Shown piece after piece: positions 40,401-53,168 of a DNA stretch of 64,000 nucleotides (position 1 is its first letter; each line of letters opens with the position of its first letter). Location of the stretch: the NCBI RefSeq assembly GCF_964194025.1, contig NC_134472.1, positions 14,942,001 through 15,006,000 of the forward strand, written 5' to 3'. The notes below the pieces were generated by a model, which saw only the letters and a list, made by a program, of their open reading frames with translations, searched no databases and was not told the origin of the DNA. The stretch comes from Convolutriloba macropyga (taxonomy: Eukaryota). The position numbers and the translations under genes were made by a program.

Positions 40401-40849
40401 GGAATATTTTCGCATCTATTTTGTTTTTATATTAACAAACAATTTACAAGAAAAGTGCTGTAATTGTGTCAGAAAAACGCTGAAATGTCAGTGAATTTAA
40501 TAAATAATTTCAGCACTCTATGGCGCATTTCTTACGAAACGTTATTCGTTAATGCATAGCCAGCTCAAAAGGTACGAAACTTAGGAATCGGTGCAAACAG
40601 CGTCAAACTCCACTTTTTTGAAAAATACGTTGAAATTTAAATGCATTTCTTAAAAAATGTGAGCGCATTTCAGTGTTTGATTATGTAAGATTTTTGCGTT
40701 GAAACTTTCGAAAAATCAGCGTTTTCCAGCGCATTTCAGCATCAGTTTGTAAATTGCGAAAGGAACTTCAATTAATGTGATGCTGGTAAAAAAAGGCAAC
40801 GGAAATTTTTAAAGTAAGGTTTAGAAAAGAACATTGATGAAGTGGTAGA

Positions 40850-41150
40850 TACAATATCAAAGACCATAAAGATTACCTTGGTGACCAGACATTATATCCT
40901 TTCCGGTAGTTATAGAAAACTGTTTTGTGCGACTAGCCTCTGGTTGCATTTTCAGGTCAAAAACCTTAGAAACCACATAAGAGATCAAATATGATGTCTT
41001 AGATACCATATCAAAGACCATATTTTAAGCTTAGATAACATGTCTAATGAAATTACCATTGTCGCGAAAATAATGAGAACTGTGCTGTTCTACGAAAACA
41101 GATTTGCTTCGAAAATCTTTGAAAAACATATAAAAGATTGTATATGGCTT

Positions 41151-41242
<92 letters not shown>

Positions 41243-41356
41243 TCCTTTTATATATCTTCTTTGAAGCCATAGCAAGATCATACAAAGGATTTTTCCTTGA
41301 CTTGGATGGAACCATATATTGTCTTCGATAAGGTATCTAAGAAAGCTCATCCCGGG
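40850..41356. repeat. Repeat element with gaccatat motifs, ending in cccggg
   Basis: Recurrent (a)gaccata(t) motif and a right end gctcatcccggg. The left boundary is unclear. Confidence 0.4.
41153..41239. repeat. (TA)n microsatellite
   Basis: About 43 TA units with two TG interruptions. Confidence 0.98.
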
Positions 41357-41813
41357 TATCGCATCAAGATGCGAAAAACTCAACAACTTTCCTCTTTAAG
41401 CAGTTCCTTTTTTGATCATATATAACAATTGATGAGTTTGTGATGGCATTTTTTACAGATGACAGATTATAAAGAAAAAATCCCAAATGTCACTTTTCAA
41501 AACCAACATGAGAAATCCTGAAAGAGTCTTTGTATATTACCAGTTTTTGCTCAATCTTATTTTTAAAACACTAAATTGTGCCCTGGCTTCCAAAAGTCCT
41601 AAGGATTCTTGCTTGATATCTAATCAAAATATTGCTTGTTAACTTTCATGCAAAGATCTTGTACGTCTTTACACATCATGACAAGTTCCTGTCCAGTCTT
41701 TTACCAAGATCGTATCAAGAAATATCACTTTTTATATGCTTTTTATCCATGTGGTACATTTCGCTGAGTGCTTAGTCGAACTGCAATTTCGCCGAATTGT
41801 ACGTATTATTTGT

Positions 41814-42073
41814 TGTCATCAATACATCATTGATGCCCAATTCATTAGAGAACATCTATGCACTACTATAGATCTTTGCCCGAAACAGACCTTGAATGGT
41901 TAAGAGAAGAAGTGACAAAACAAAAGGAATCAAGGGAAAGCAGTCGAAATTCAACACACAAAAACTAGAAAAACTGAGAACTGATTTATTTATCTTAAAC
42001 GTTTGTATCATCCAATATTAATTCAAATAAGCAAAATGATCTTCTGAGTATACTTAAGGCGGTCAATGTGACA
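41814..42073 (+). repeat. 5' LTR of BEL/Pao element
   Basis: Direct repeat of 49277-49536 with about 17 substitutions counted by eye. Confidence 0.95.
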
Positions 42074-42579
42074 TTCTGACGCCCAACGAAAAAGACAAAG
42101 GATCTAAAACTTCTTCTCGAAGATTTCTTTTCTCGTAAAAAGGGTAGAGAAGGAAAATTTAGAAAAGACCCATCCCTTCCCATCCAACACCCGGGAGAAC
42201 ACCCATTCCATCACGAGACGAGCTTCATATATTTAAATGGGCTTTCTTATTTCATTATTGCAATTTATCTTTCCCTGTTATTTTTTCGCCCGTTTGATTA
42301 TTCACCCCTTTCTTGCGACCGGATAATTTTTTTCCGGATATGACCAAAATTTAAGGACAAAATTTCGATGTTTCAACAATATTACCTTCTTGCGTTTTCC
42401 AGTAACTCCGACCGCGTGCTTTAATATCAGCTCCCGATTTTACGAAACGAGCGTAACACACACGAGCGCACATTTCAACATCATTCTCTTTGTTTTATGT
42501 CCGGAAAACAACGACCTTATTCTGAACTATATATTTACTCCCAAATGGAATGTAGAGTCGGCATTGGTAGAATATTCAG

Positions 42580-43025
42580 TTAGGTTTCGATTTTTCAGGT
42601 AGGTTTCTCTGGTGGTATCAGGTAGGTTTCAGTGGTATCCTGTAGGTTATCGATTAGGTATCAGGTAGGTTGTCGGTAGGTTGAGGTAGGTATATGGTAA
42701 GTTTTTAGGTATTCAGCTAGGTTTACCGATAGGTTTCTCTGGTGTTATCAGGTAGATATAAGTGGTATCAAGTAGGTTGCAGGTAGGTTCCAGGTAGGCA
42801 TATAGGTTTTTTTTAAAGTAATCGGTTAGGTTTCAGGTAGGTTCCTCTGGTGGTATCAGGAAGGTTTTCGTGGTATCCGGTAGGTTATTGAGTAGGTTTC
42901 AGGTAGATTGCAGGTAGGTCCAATAGGTATTTGATAGATTTTTAGGTATTCAGCTAGTTTTTTTGGTAGTTTTCAATTTGGTTTTTAGGTAATCAGGTAG
43001 GTTTTCCAGGTAGGTTTTGCAGGTT
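42580..43025. repeat. Degenerate AGGTAGGTT(T) minisatellite in the BEL 5' leader
   Basis: Dozens of aggtaggt motifs with a higher-order unit of about 120 bp (ctctggtg(g/t)tatcagg recurs three times). Confidence 0.85.
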
Positions 43026-43146
43026 CTAACAGACTTGCTGACAAAGTTTCATAGAGCTTCGAAGAAAGAAGCTGTCTATGTTAGACCGGTGAAATTCAAT
43101 GGTTTTTACTAGAACTGGAAAATCCACAGGAAGTAACAACCAAACA

Positions 43147-46100
43147 ATGATCTCCTCAAATTCGCAGACACAATACTCAGACGACAACACCGAAAGTCAC
43201 GAGCAGGTCTCTGAAGATCCCCATTTAAAACGTCTGACCAACTTAAAGTCGATGTAAGAAAGTGAAAGCGAGTCTTGCATCGAATTTATTACATCCGGCA
43301 TTGACTGCGGCGAGGAATCAGAAACAGTCGAGGAAACTCTCCTTGAAATCAAGGAACTTCAGGAGAAAAACGAATTTACAATTCAAGAACTTTTAGACAA
43401 AGCACCATCATCCGATGCAGAAACTCTATGCTCTCGTATGAGCAAACTCAAATTCAAGATACGGAAGACTACTTCGGCATACCGAAAATACAAAAAGGAG
43501 CTTTTGTCCGCACCACAAAGCAACCAAACAAATAACATCCCGAGGGTGACCTTTGACAACAGCAGTTATCAAACCCATACTGACGCATCCCTAACGACCA
43601 ATATTATCTCAGCACCCGCTGAATACAGTTCTCACAGTGAATCCTTCCCTAACAACGCTGCACCCAGTAGCTTAATGGGAGATTCAAACACAATTTTGCT
43701 GCCGGCGAATTTGTCGCAAAAACTCACCACCACATCTGCTGACGTATCAGACACCAGCACCCTCAACAATGCCTTGTCTGTAGTTACCTTTGTTGGCTTC
43801 AATTCCTCTTCCGCAAAAATCGACGGCACATTTCCCTCATACCATGTTTCTCATCAGGCGGCCCAAACTTCCTCTTTGAATCCGCCAATCAGAACTTCGC
43901 AACCATCCTTTACACTTTCAACAGTTGGTATTGTGCCACAGACTCCTACCTCAATGTCTTCTTGTTTTCAGAAATCGGTTCCAAAGTTACAAGCAACAAA
44001 ATTTGATGGAGATCCATTAGGTTGCTTAAAATGGTTCAGTGTGTTTCAAGCAACAATTGATCGTTCTCCAATGTCCTCTGCAGAAAAAAAATGATTCATC
44101 TGCCATCGCTTCTTATTGGAGAAGCAAAAGCACTGGTTGACGGCTATGGCTGCAATGGCAGTCTGTACGCACCCGCTTTAGCACGTCTGGAAGAACATTT
44201 TGGTAATCCGAACAGGATTGTCAATGCCTTCCTCGAAAAACTGTCACATTTTAGACCCTCTAACCAATCCCAGACAGTTATACGCAGTTCTCTGCTCTCC
44301 TTTTAACCCTTGTGGACACATTTCAGCAGCTTAGATTCACACATGACATACATTTCACTACAAATGTCAATCAAGCCTTAAACAAGCTTCCAACACCAGT
44401 CCGCTTGGAATGGATTAAGCACGTTTTGGAAAAAAGTTTACTTCAACCGTCTCTGAAAGAGCTTTCGGAGTGGCTTCTAATCTATGCAAAGGCTTGCAGA
44501 GATCTACCCACCTCTTGTGCATCAGCTCAACCTCCAAGCACTCATTCAAAGGCCTCTAACAACCTTTAGGAGCAATCGAAACAGCAAAACCAATTCAATC
44601 GTCCGTCCAACAGATCACACCAGGATCAACGCACAAACCCGTCAATTAGCTTTCAACCAAGCTCTGCAAAAGGTGTCGTTTGTCCAAACAACGGTAGCCG
44701 TCAGTATTTATAGAAAATGTTCTCATTTCCAAGATCTTTCTCCACTCGATAGACGAGAACACGTGAAAAAATTGAAACTATGTTTCAACTGTTTTGGTAG
44801 TCACCATGTATAACAATGCACATCAAAAAATGTTTGTCGCTCTGCAGACTGCAGCAGAAAGCACCACACAATTCTCCATAAAAGCTTCATTGCAAACAAT
44901 CAAGCAATACGACCCTCTTCAACAGTTAAATCGGTTTAACTGCATGGCACAGGTCAAGTTGCTTTCTTACCAGTTCAACTGTCTAACGGGGAGAAAACGT
45001 TTGAGACATATGCTTATCTCGACAACGGAAGTTGCCAGAGCCTCCTCCTCCAATCCGCAGCTCTGATTCTAGGTAATTATATGAACACTTTTGGCAAGAT
45101 GCCTATTAGTGGCTACCACACAACAAAAGAAATAGATTGTTCTCCAGTGTCTTTAAAAATTAAACCTTATTAGTCTAATAATAGACCAATCCTTGTAAAC
45201 GAAGTCTTAGCAGTACCCAATTTTAATATGAAACTTGTTAACACTAATGAGCTGAACAAGCTTTGCAAGAAATTTGAACATCTCAATCACATTTCGTTCC
45301 CTAATGTTGAAGAAAATAAAGTCTCAATAATCATCGACATCGACAACCTGGAACTGATCCATTACAGTCAGGTAATTAAAGGCCCAAAAAACACGCCCTG
45401 CGCTGTAGAAACTCCTCTAGGATGGACATGTGCAGGTAAAACTAGCTTCACACCAGACGAACAGAATCCAGTGTTCAAAGCACAAATCAACTCTAATCCT
45501 CATCTAGACAATGAACTTTTCACAAAAGAACAACAGTGGATGAAAATTGAGAACTACGGTATAGCTTCATCAAAAAGGGCTATGTCTAAAAATGATGAAA
45601 AGGCTCTGCAAATACTTGAGTTGACAACAAATTTTTCTGATGGTTACTGCGAAATCGGCCTTCTTTGGAAGGAAAACGCCAAGTTACCAAAAAACAGAAG
45701 GCTAGCAGAAAAACAGTTAAAGCAATTTAACAAAAAGCTCTCAACAAATCCAGATCTACAAAGTAAGTACGAGGGGACGCTCCAGAAAGATCTTTGAAAT
45801 GGTTTTGATGTCAAAGTTGATCCAGCTACAGATAAAGAAACAGCATGTTCTTATCTTCCTCGTCATCCCGTTTCAACTGAAAACAAACCCGGAAAAATCA
45901 GGAGAGTCAGCAATGCATCCAGCGTTTTTCAAGGTCAATCCTTAAATTCGAACCTTTTGAAGGGACTCGATTTAATGAGTAATTTTGTGGGAGTCATATT
46001 AAGATTCCGCGAGCAACAAGTGGCAATTTCAGCAGACATTGAGCAAATGTTTATGCAAATTAAAGTTGCTCCCTCTGATCGTTTGTTTCCTTGGTTTCTC

Positions 46101-48783
46101 TGGAACCACAATGACAAAATCGAAGAGTATGAATACACACGTCATATCTTCGGCGCAACATCTTCCCCATGCATAGCGTCCTACGCTCTTCGTCGTTCAG
46201 CACGTGACAATCAGGACAAATTTCCTCAAGTGTTACACGTCATTGAGCGTAATGTCTACATGGATGACCTATATATCTCGACAGCAAACGTTGAAAGTGC
46301 TTTAAATGTTATGAACAGCACCAAAGAGTGACTTTCACCTGGTGGTTTCAACATCACAAATTGGAAATTTAATTCAGACGAGTTCTTGAAAAACGTCGCA
46401 AACGAAAACCTTTTGAAGCCTGATCTACCATCAAATCAACCTCAAAAAGTTTTGGGTTTACCGTGGAACGCGAGCACTGAGGAGTACATCATTGACAAAA
46501 GGCTTTTCCAAAGGTCCCCCAATGATCAATTGACAACAAAGAGAAAACTTTTGAAGTTCGTCGCTTCAATTTTTGATCCACTTGGCATTATAGCCCCTTT
46601 AACAATCAGAGTGAGGAAATTATTGCAAGCGGCTTGGAATAAAGGTCCACAATGGGACGCAACTCTGGACGTTCCGCAGTTCCCAGACTTTCTCCAATTC
46701 AAAAACGAATTTCCATCTGAAAAGAATATCAGCATTCCACGTGCTCTCTTCCGTAGAAACACAAAAATTCAGTCAACTGCTCTTTACATGTTCACAGACG
46801 CTTCAGAGTACGCTCTATCAGCCGTGTCTAATCTAAGAACTGAGTACGTTGATAAAACAGTTGATGTAGTGTTCATGATGTGTAAAGTCAGAGTAGCTCC
46901 GATCAAGAGGATGACTATTCCAAACCTGGAGTTGCAAGCGCCAGTGTTTTGCGCGCAATTAGCTCAGTTTATCAAAGAAGAGCAAGATTTGGAAATCGGA
47001 AATTACTTTTTCTGGTCCTATGGTACAACTGTACTCCATTGGTTGAGAACTCACGAAATGCGGCATCAAATTTTCGTTGACAATAGACTAGCAAAGATTC
47101 TCGACGTCTCATCACCTCTCAATGGGCGCTGCATCGCTTCTTCTGATAATCCCGTTGATGACGGCTCAAGAGGCTATGAGGTTCGACAGATGAATGCAAC
47201 TTCTCGTTGGTTGAGTGGACCATCATTTCTCCGCTCCGAAGAGAAAGAGTGGCCTTGTCAAGATCTCTTGAGGCATCACCCACATGAAGCTTCATGCACA
47301 GTACTCTCAATACAGCCACTGGAAGCCCTTAAACGGTCAACTGAAGGGTGTGTAATAGATATTACACGTTTTAGCAACTGGAGTCGGTTGATAAGAGTGA
47401 CTGCGTACTGCTTCTTTTTCCGCGACCTTTGCAAGAAGCGAAGCACACATTTGGCCCACTCTCATCATACTTTTGCGTACAGGTATCTGATCCAGGTATC
47501 ACATATTGAAAACAGACGAAATATCTGCTCTGTGTAAAGGAAAGGAAATTTCAGCATCAAATCGTTTGAAAGACCTTTGTCCGTATGTTGACAATAATGA
47601 TCAGCTCTGCGCCAAAGGTCGGTTGTCCAAGGCAATGGTTTTAGAGACTGCCCGACACCCATTCATTCTGGATGGTCTAATCCCAATTGTGAAGCTGCTC
47701 ATCAAGAATTTTCACATTACTAACACTCACTCAGGAGTTGAACAAACACGCTGCCTCCTTATGCAATACTATTGGATTTTGAAATGCCGAGCTGTCGTTA
47801 GGCAGACAGTCCGCCAATGCATTCCTTGTCGGCGAATGATACAGGAAATCCAGCAACTTCAAATGTCTGATCTACCATGCCAGCGGTTACAAGTGAGCAC
47901 CACTTTGTCTTTGCAACGACAGGACTCGACTTCATAGGTCCTTTCACCGTATCTCAATGCGGCAGACACGCTACACGCTGCGTACTTCTGTTCACCTGCT
48001 TGGTGGTAAGAGCATTTTACTTGGAGATAGCAGAAAACCTGTCTACAGACTCAACAATGAATTGCATACGCATATTCTTTAGTCGCCGCGGAAAGCCAAA
48101 AAAATTTCTTTCCGACAACGGGAAATCTCTTGTCAGCTCTTGTTTGGAACTAAAGAAAGGTATCGAAGCACTCAGAGCAACAAAGGAATTTGCCTCAAAA
48201 CTCTATATTCTTAATATTGAAATTGAATGGGAGTTTAATCCTCCTCTTGCACCACATTTTGGCCGCAGTTGGGAAAGGTCAATTCAAGTGTTCAAATTGT
48301 TTTTGTACAAGGTCATTGGATCAAGAACACTAACACATGAAACGTTGTCTACCTCTACTTGCGAAATTGAATTTAACATGAACTCTCGTCCCCTCGCATA
48401 CACTTCGAGTGACATTAATGATCCACTTCCCCTAACACCAAACCATTTTCTTTTGGGCAGACCCACTGTTAATCTTCCACCTGGTGTTTTTTCCGAGAGA
48501 AAGATTACAATCTCAAAGTCTTGGAGAACTTCATAACACTTCGCCGAACACTTCTGGAACAGATTTCTTAGAGAATATATCCCAAACCAGCAGAAACTTT
48601 CGAAAAGTAGACGATCTTGTTTGGGTTTTAGAGGATTTCACGCCTCGAGGTCTTTGGCCGCTGGCCAAAGTCATTGAAGTACATCCTGGTTCGGACCAAA
48701 TTGTCAGATCCGTTAAAGTAAAAATCGCATTTGGGGAAAAAGTTCGCACTGTTATTAAATTAAGCAAAGTTCTAGCTGACTAA
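43147..48783 (+). pseudogene. BEL/Pao gag-pol polyprotein, many frameshifts and stops
   Basis: KFDGDPL (gag), CFNCFGSHH..C..C..HHTILH knuckles, YLDNGS protease, YMDDL RT, FTDAS RNase H, GLDFIGP/SDNG/WERS integrase, and the RGLWPLAKV C-terminal domain. Confidence 0.93.
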
Positions 48784-49276
48784 TTTTTATCATTGATTCC
48801 AACACTAATTTACAAAGTTCGCCTCTTTGTAAGTTCTGGTATGAGGAAAAGAACAATTTTTCCCTGAAAATTTGTACTCAACTTCTGCTTTTTCTGCGCG
48901 GGTAGAAAAATTGCTACACCGTAGCAACTTGTTACTCCTCTCAAAGCGTTCAGACATCTATATTTTGACCTCCTCATTAAATTTTCTGCGGACTTGCAGT
49001 TTTGCGAAATGCTTACCTTTTTTTTGTTTCATTTATCGGTTTGTTACGCTTTTTAACCGCTTATTCTCACACATTTCGTTTATCTTCTCAAAAACGTTCA
49101 TTGAAATCCGTAAATTTGTCTAAGTTGGTTTTCTTGCGTAACGTCAGTTTTTCGTTTATCTCGAAAGTTGTTTCTTTGTTAATGGTTTACCAAGTTTGTA
49201 TTTTCAACCAGGAATTGTCTTTAATTTTATGGACTTACTTTACTATTCTTTGCAATCCTGCAAATGGGGCCGGCTA

Positions 49277-49536
49277 TGTCATCAATACATCATTGATGCC
49301 CAATTCATTAGAGAAAATCTATGCACTATTATGGATCTTTGCCCGAAACAGACCTTCAATGGTTAAGAGAAAAAGTGACAAAACAAAAGGAACCAGAGAA
49401 AAGCAGTCGAAATTGAACACACAAAAACTAGAAAAACTGAGAACTGATTTTTCTATTTTAAACGCTTGTATCATCCATTATTAATTCAAATAAGCAAAAT
49501 GATTTTCTGAGTATACTGAAGGCGGTCAATGTGACA
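49277..49536 (+). repeat. 3' LTR of BEL/Pao element
   Basis: Direct repeat of 41814-42073. Confidence 0.95.
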
Positions 49537-49679
49537 TTTGTCATTGATTTTAGATTGCAGGGATTTAGATTCGTTCATCTTATCTGAGGATTCTATTCTT
49601 GTAGTTATCTAATCGGATGGACTGTCGGACGATCTTTGCATTTAATGGAATGTCTTCTGTCCCTTCGTCCGTGCGAAAA

Positions 49680-49988
49680 CTAAACCATGTCCTTGAAGAA
49701 AAGATTTTTTGCTATCACAGAGGTAAAAACACAAATTTTATTTTTTGTCTGAAATAATGACCGTATGTTGACGTGTGGGTATTCGCACACGTAGTAGAAC
49801 AGAGCTCTATATTTTTCAATTTCATCAAAAGTTTTCACAGCAGCAGATGCCAACTCGATGCCACTTTGAAGCCCAATCAAGTAATACTCACGTGACCTCA
49901 ACTCAGGAACTGCCAAGAATGAAGCAAGCACATATAGACTCAGAAAGCACACCGCACAGTTATTTATAATCTGAAAATTTTTTATCAA
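49680..49988 (-). pseudogene. Probable GPCR fragment, TM1-TM2
   Basis: NCAVCFLSLYVLASFLAVPELRSREYYLIGLQSGIELAS: a TM1 helix, an LR-x-x-x-Y ICL1 and an LxxxE (for LxxxD) TM2. Confidence 0.5.
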
Positions 49989-50247
49989 ACTTTAAGAAAG
50001 GAGTCTAGTCAACTAGGCAGCTGACTTTGACAATTGTAGCACGAAGTAAAAAATTTTGAATGCAATTGTGCACGAAAATCTCTTTTCATCTCAACTCTTA
50101 TCGTGAAGAACCAACGAACAGGTCAGAAATTTTCAGCTCTTGATTCCTAAAAAGTAGAGCCCTTGTTCAGGCCTAGTTTTATTAATAGACCCAGTCGAGC
50201 TTCTTAGTTTAGGTCCAAAAAAAATCTCTTTTTTGGTCGAGTAAATG

Positions 50248-51171
50248 CCCAGGTTGAGGTCCTCGCTCAAAATGATCTATGAAAATACCCATCCAGACTA
50301 TTTTTGCTTATGAAAATACCCAGGCAGACCAAAAGTGCCTATGATCCAGACTTTGCCTCGTTCAAAACTTTGGTGCGTTTATGTGCTCGTTCAAAAACGC
50401 TTATGAAAAGACTTGTACAGACAAAAATGCGATATGATACAGACTTTGGCTCGTTCCATTTATGAAAAGACTCAGAAAGACCGAAAAAGTTTATGATCCA
50501 GACTTTGGATCGTTCAATTTATGAAAAGACTGGAGCTAAGAAATACCGACAAAAATGGCGTACGAAACGTCTGTATTTGTCGGTTTTTGTCGGTTTCATC
50601 GGTTTTGCATGTATGAAGCGTCGGTTTTTTCGCTATTGTAGAAATAATCCGTATTGGTTGTGAGGAGTGTCGGATTAACGGGAATTGCAAGTTTCAAGTC
50701 AGGAAGCTTCAGTTTACGTAATAGAGTCATCGTCCTATCACCGTAAAACGTAGTTGAGACAATTTTCCGACAGTACTGCTATAAAAAGATGTTTAAAAAG
50801 TGTATGGTGCAGACTTTAGCGCGCCTATGATAAAGTTTCTAGCTCGTCTATGTCGCAGAAGTGGTGCGTCTATGGGACAGTTTTTGGCTCGTCTATGTTG
50901 CAGAGTTGGTGCGTCTATGCTGCTGACTTTGGCTCGACAGTAAGTACCTGGTGCGTTAATGATGCTCGACTTAAACTACATGGTGCGTTTATGATGCTCG
51001 ACTTAAGTTACCTGGTGCGTTTATGATGATCGACCTTAAGTGCGTGCTCGTTTATGCTGCTCGTCAAACAATAATCCTCGACCGTGTATTTTTTGAACGC
51101 ACCGTACCCCCTGTGTGCGTTCAAAAATGGTCTGCATCATGAACGAGGACAAACGAATACCTCGTCCTGGG
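50248..51171. mobile_element. Non-autonomous TIR element, TSD TG, with tatgaaaa..cagac and ggtgcgtttatgatgctcgac arrays
   Basis: tg|cccaggttgaggt ... acctcgtcctggg|tg. Removing it restores ggtcgagtaaatg-tctttccata, which matches the neighbouring copy at about 51222-51246. Confidence 0.85.
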
Positions 51172-51899
51172 TGTCTTTCCATAAAAATTGATGGTTGAGC
51201 AGGGTGTTTTAATGCTCTTTTTGGGTCGAGTAAAAATCTTTCCATACGTCATAATTTTTTTCAACAAATTTGGAAACAAAATGGTTTGCTGATGCAAATA
51301 CTGAAGCAGCAACGGGACAGGAGCAAGACTAAACACCATTCTACCACTACAATGTAACTTAAAACTAAGTAGGAAAACTGCCAAAGGTCTTAAGAAAGAT
51401 TTGAAATTGTTAAGAAAAAGCTATTACCGCAGCTTGACCATATCGCCACATTCGATTGAAAAAAACTAGGTTGTTTAGTTGTTTTAACTTTCTTCCATGA
51501 GTCATGATGAGAATGTGACATTAATTAGTTGTTTTACCTTCCAAAAGGATGAATTATTTTTCCTTGAAAGGTGCAGATTTTTTGAAATATAAAAGGTTCT
51601 CCAGAACTGCAAAAAATGGAGTAGGACACATGCTGACGGCCTCATAAGCAAAAATGAGCGATAAAAGTGCACACATAGATCTAACTTGGTCAAAAAAAGG
51701 CTCAATGAAAAACATTTTCTTGAGTTGTGATTTGGCTTTTGATGACGCATTCTTTACTCCGCAATCATTTTGGTCTAGTAAAAAACTTGTTGATGAAAGC
51801 TCCAGCGTAAATTTTTGAGTCGGCTAAAAATTCAGGTGATTCGTAAAGTTTAGAAAAAATCTTTTCATTAGTTTTTGCTTCAAAATTGAGTCAGATAGG

Positions 51900-52184
51900 T
51901 GTGATACTTCTGACTGTGGATGTATGTATATGAGCCACGAATATGCTTTAAATTATTTGAATTGGATTCGAGGCGCGAATCCAATGTATTACTAAATTGT
52001 TGGATTACCACTTTTAGTTTTGCTTAGCAATAGAGCTACGAATGTAGACCTAATCTGACGGTGTGGAAATCCTCCTCAAATCCAGAAAGGATTCTTCTGA
52101 CTGCAAAACTATGAAGATTGAGAACAACTGAATTGAATGAGTTTTGTTAAGAGAATGAAATATTAACAATAGTGGCAATTAACA
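51900..52184 (-). repeat. 3' LTR of Gypsy element 2 (inner boundary uncertain, 52184 or 52209)
   Basis: Direct repeat of 57653-57933. Confidence 0.88.
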
Positions 52185-53168
52185 GAAAATTTTGCGCAAT
52201 AGTGGCACAAATCCAAATCTAAATTAAATAATGGACAATTGAATGAACAATTTAAAATAAAGTTTAATGAATGCAAGGAATTATTCGGTTTTTAATCACA
52301 GTTTTATGCTGTTTTAAATCTGATTCCCGGCGTCAAAGACGCTCATGCCAATTTCCCTTGCACAACCTTCATATTCATAGTCTTCCGGGGACCATGCACC
52401 AACTGGTGGAGGTGCGGGAGGACTGACGATAGGTAGTAGCTCGAAAGACGTTTCAGGAGCAGATGATTGAAGCGCCTCTTCTTGGATAACCGTCTCGATG
52501 ACGGGGTTGGTAGCTTTATGTCCTTTCAGCAGAGTATTCGCTAACCGAACATACTGAACTTTCAAAACCAAAGTAGTCCGGAGCTTTTCGGTTTTTCTTG
52601 GAATTTGATGTGGAAGGCGATGCTGTTGACGAGGTGACCGATGGCGCAGCAACTGAGGAGGCATTGGACGTATTCAACGTGGGCGAGGATTGCCGCGATC
52701 GATTTCTTCCCGTTTGGGGCTTTTTGGTTTTACGAGACGACATGGCCTTAGAAATGTTGCTGTTAGCAGACAAGACTCCTGAAGCAGCATCGGACTGGGT
52801 GGCTCAGTGTCGAATTTTGATTTCCCCCAATAGTTTTTCTTGAGGTCTTTAGTTTGTTGCGCTATCTTCTCTTCTGCTGTCTTTTCATACGGGAGGGGAC
52901 GTCGCTGGGCGTACTGCCAAAGGTCAGCTTTGCGTTCGGCACGGGTTCCGAATTTGGCTGTGTCATTATTTCTCACCCCGACTTTAGGGACTCCGGGTTC
53001 CTTAATGACAGTCGTCGTGGGTGAGGTTTTCACGACCGTACTACCCGGGGCCAACGTTTCCCAGAGTCCTCGGAGATCCCTCTTTGATCGTTTGGACACT
53101 TTGCGAGCTAGCTTGGTGTCTATCGATTTTTCCGACCGCGGTATTGGTTGTTCAGTTTGGGATACCGA

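Larger units (their letters stand above)
41814..49536 (+). mobile_element. Full-length degraded BEL/Pao LTR retrotransposon, TSD TTTGT
   Basis: 260-bp TGT...ACA LTRs, TTTGT on both flanks, PBS-like tgacgcccaacg just after the 5' LTR, and PPT-like ggggccggc before the 3' LTR. Confidence 0.95.

Noticed and set aside
41031-41386. ORFs with YI repeats
   Set aside because: They are translations of the (TA)n microsatellite.
49002-49484. 160-aa ORF as an env-like gene of the BEL element
   Set aside because: It is a T-rich low-complexity frame with a TTG start that runs through the PPT into the LTR, and the other LTR copy has a stop in this frame.
50248-51060. Arrays of about 30-bp repeats resembling a CRISPR array
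   Set aside because: The units are degenerate tandem repeats without unique spacers, lie inside TIRs with a TSD, and are in a eukaryotic context with no cas genes.
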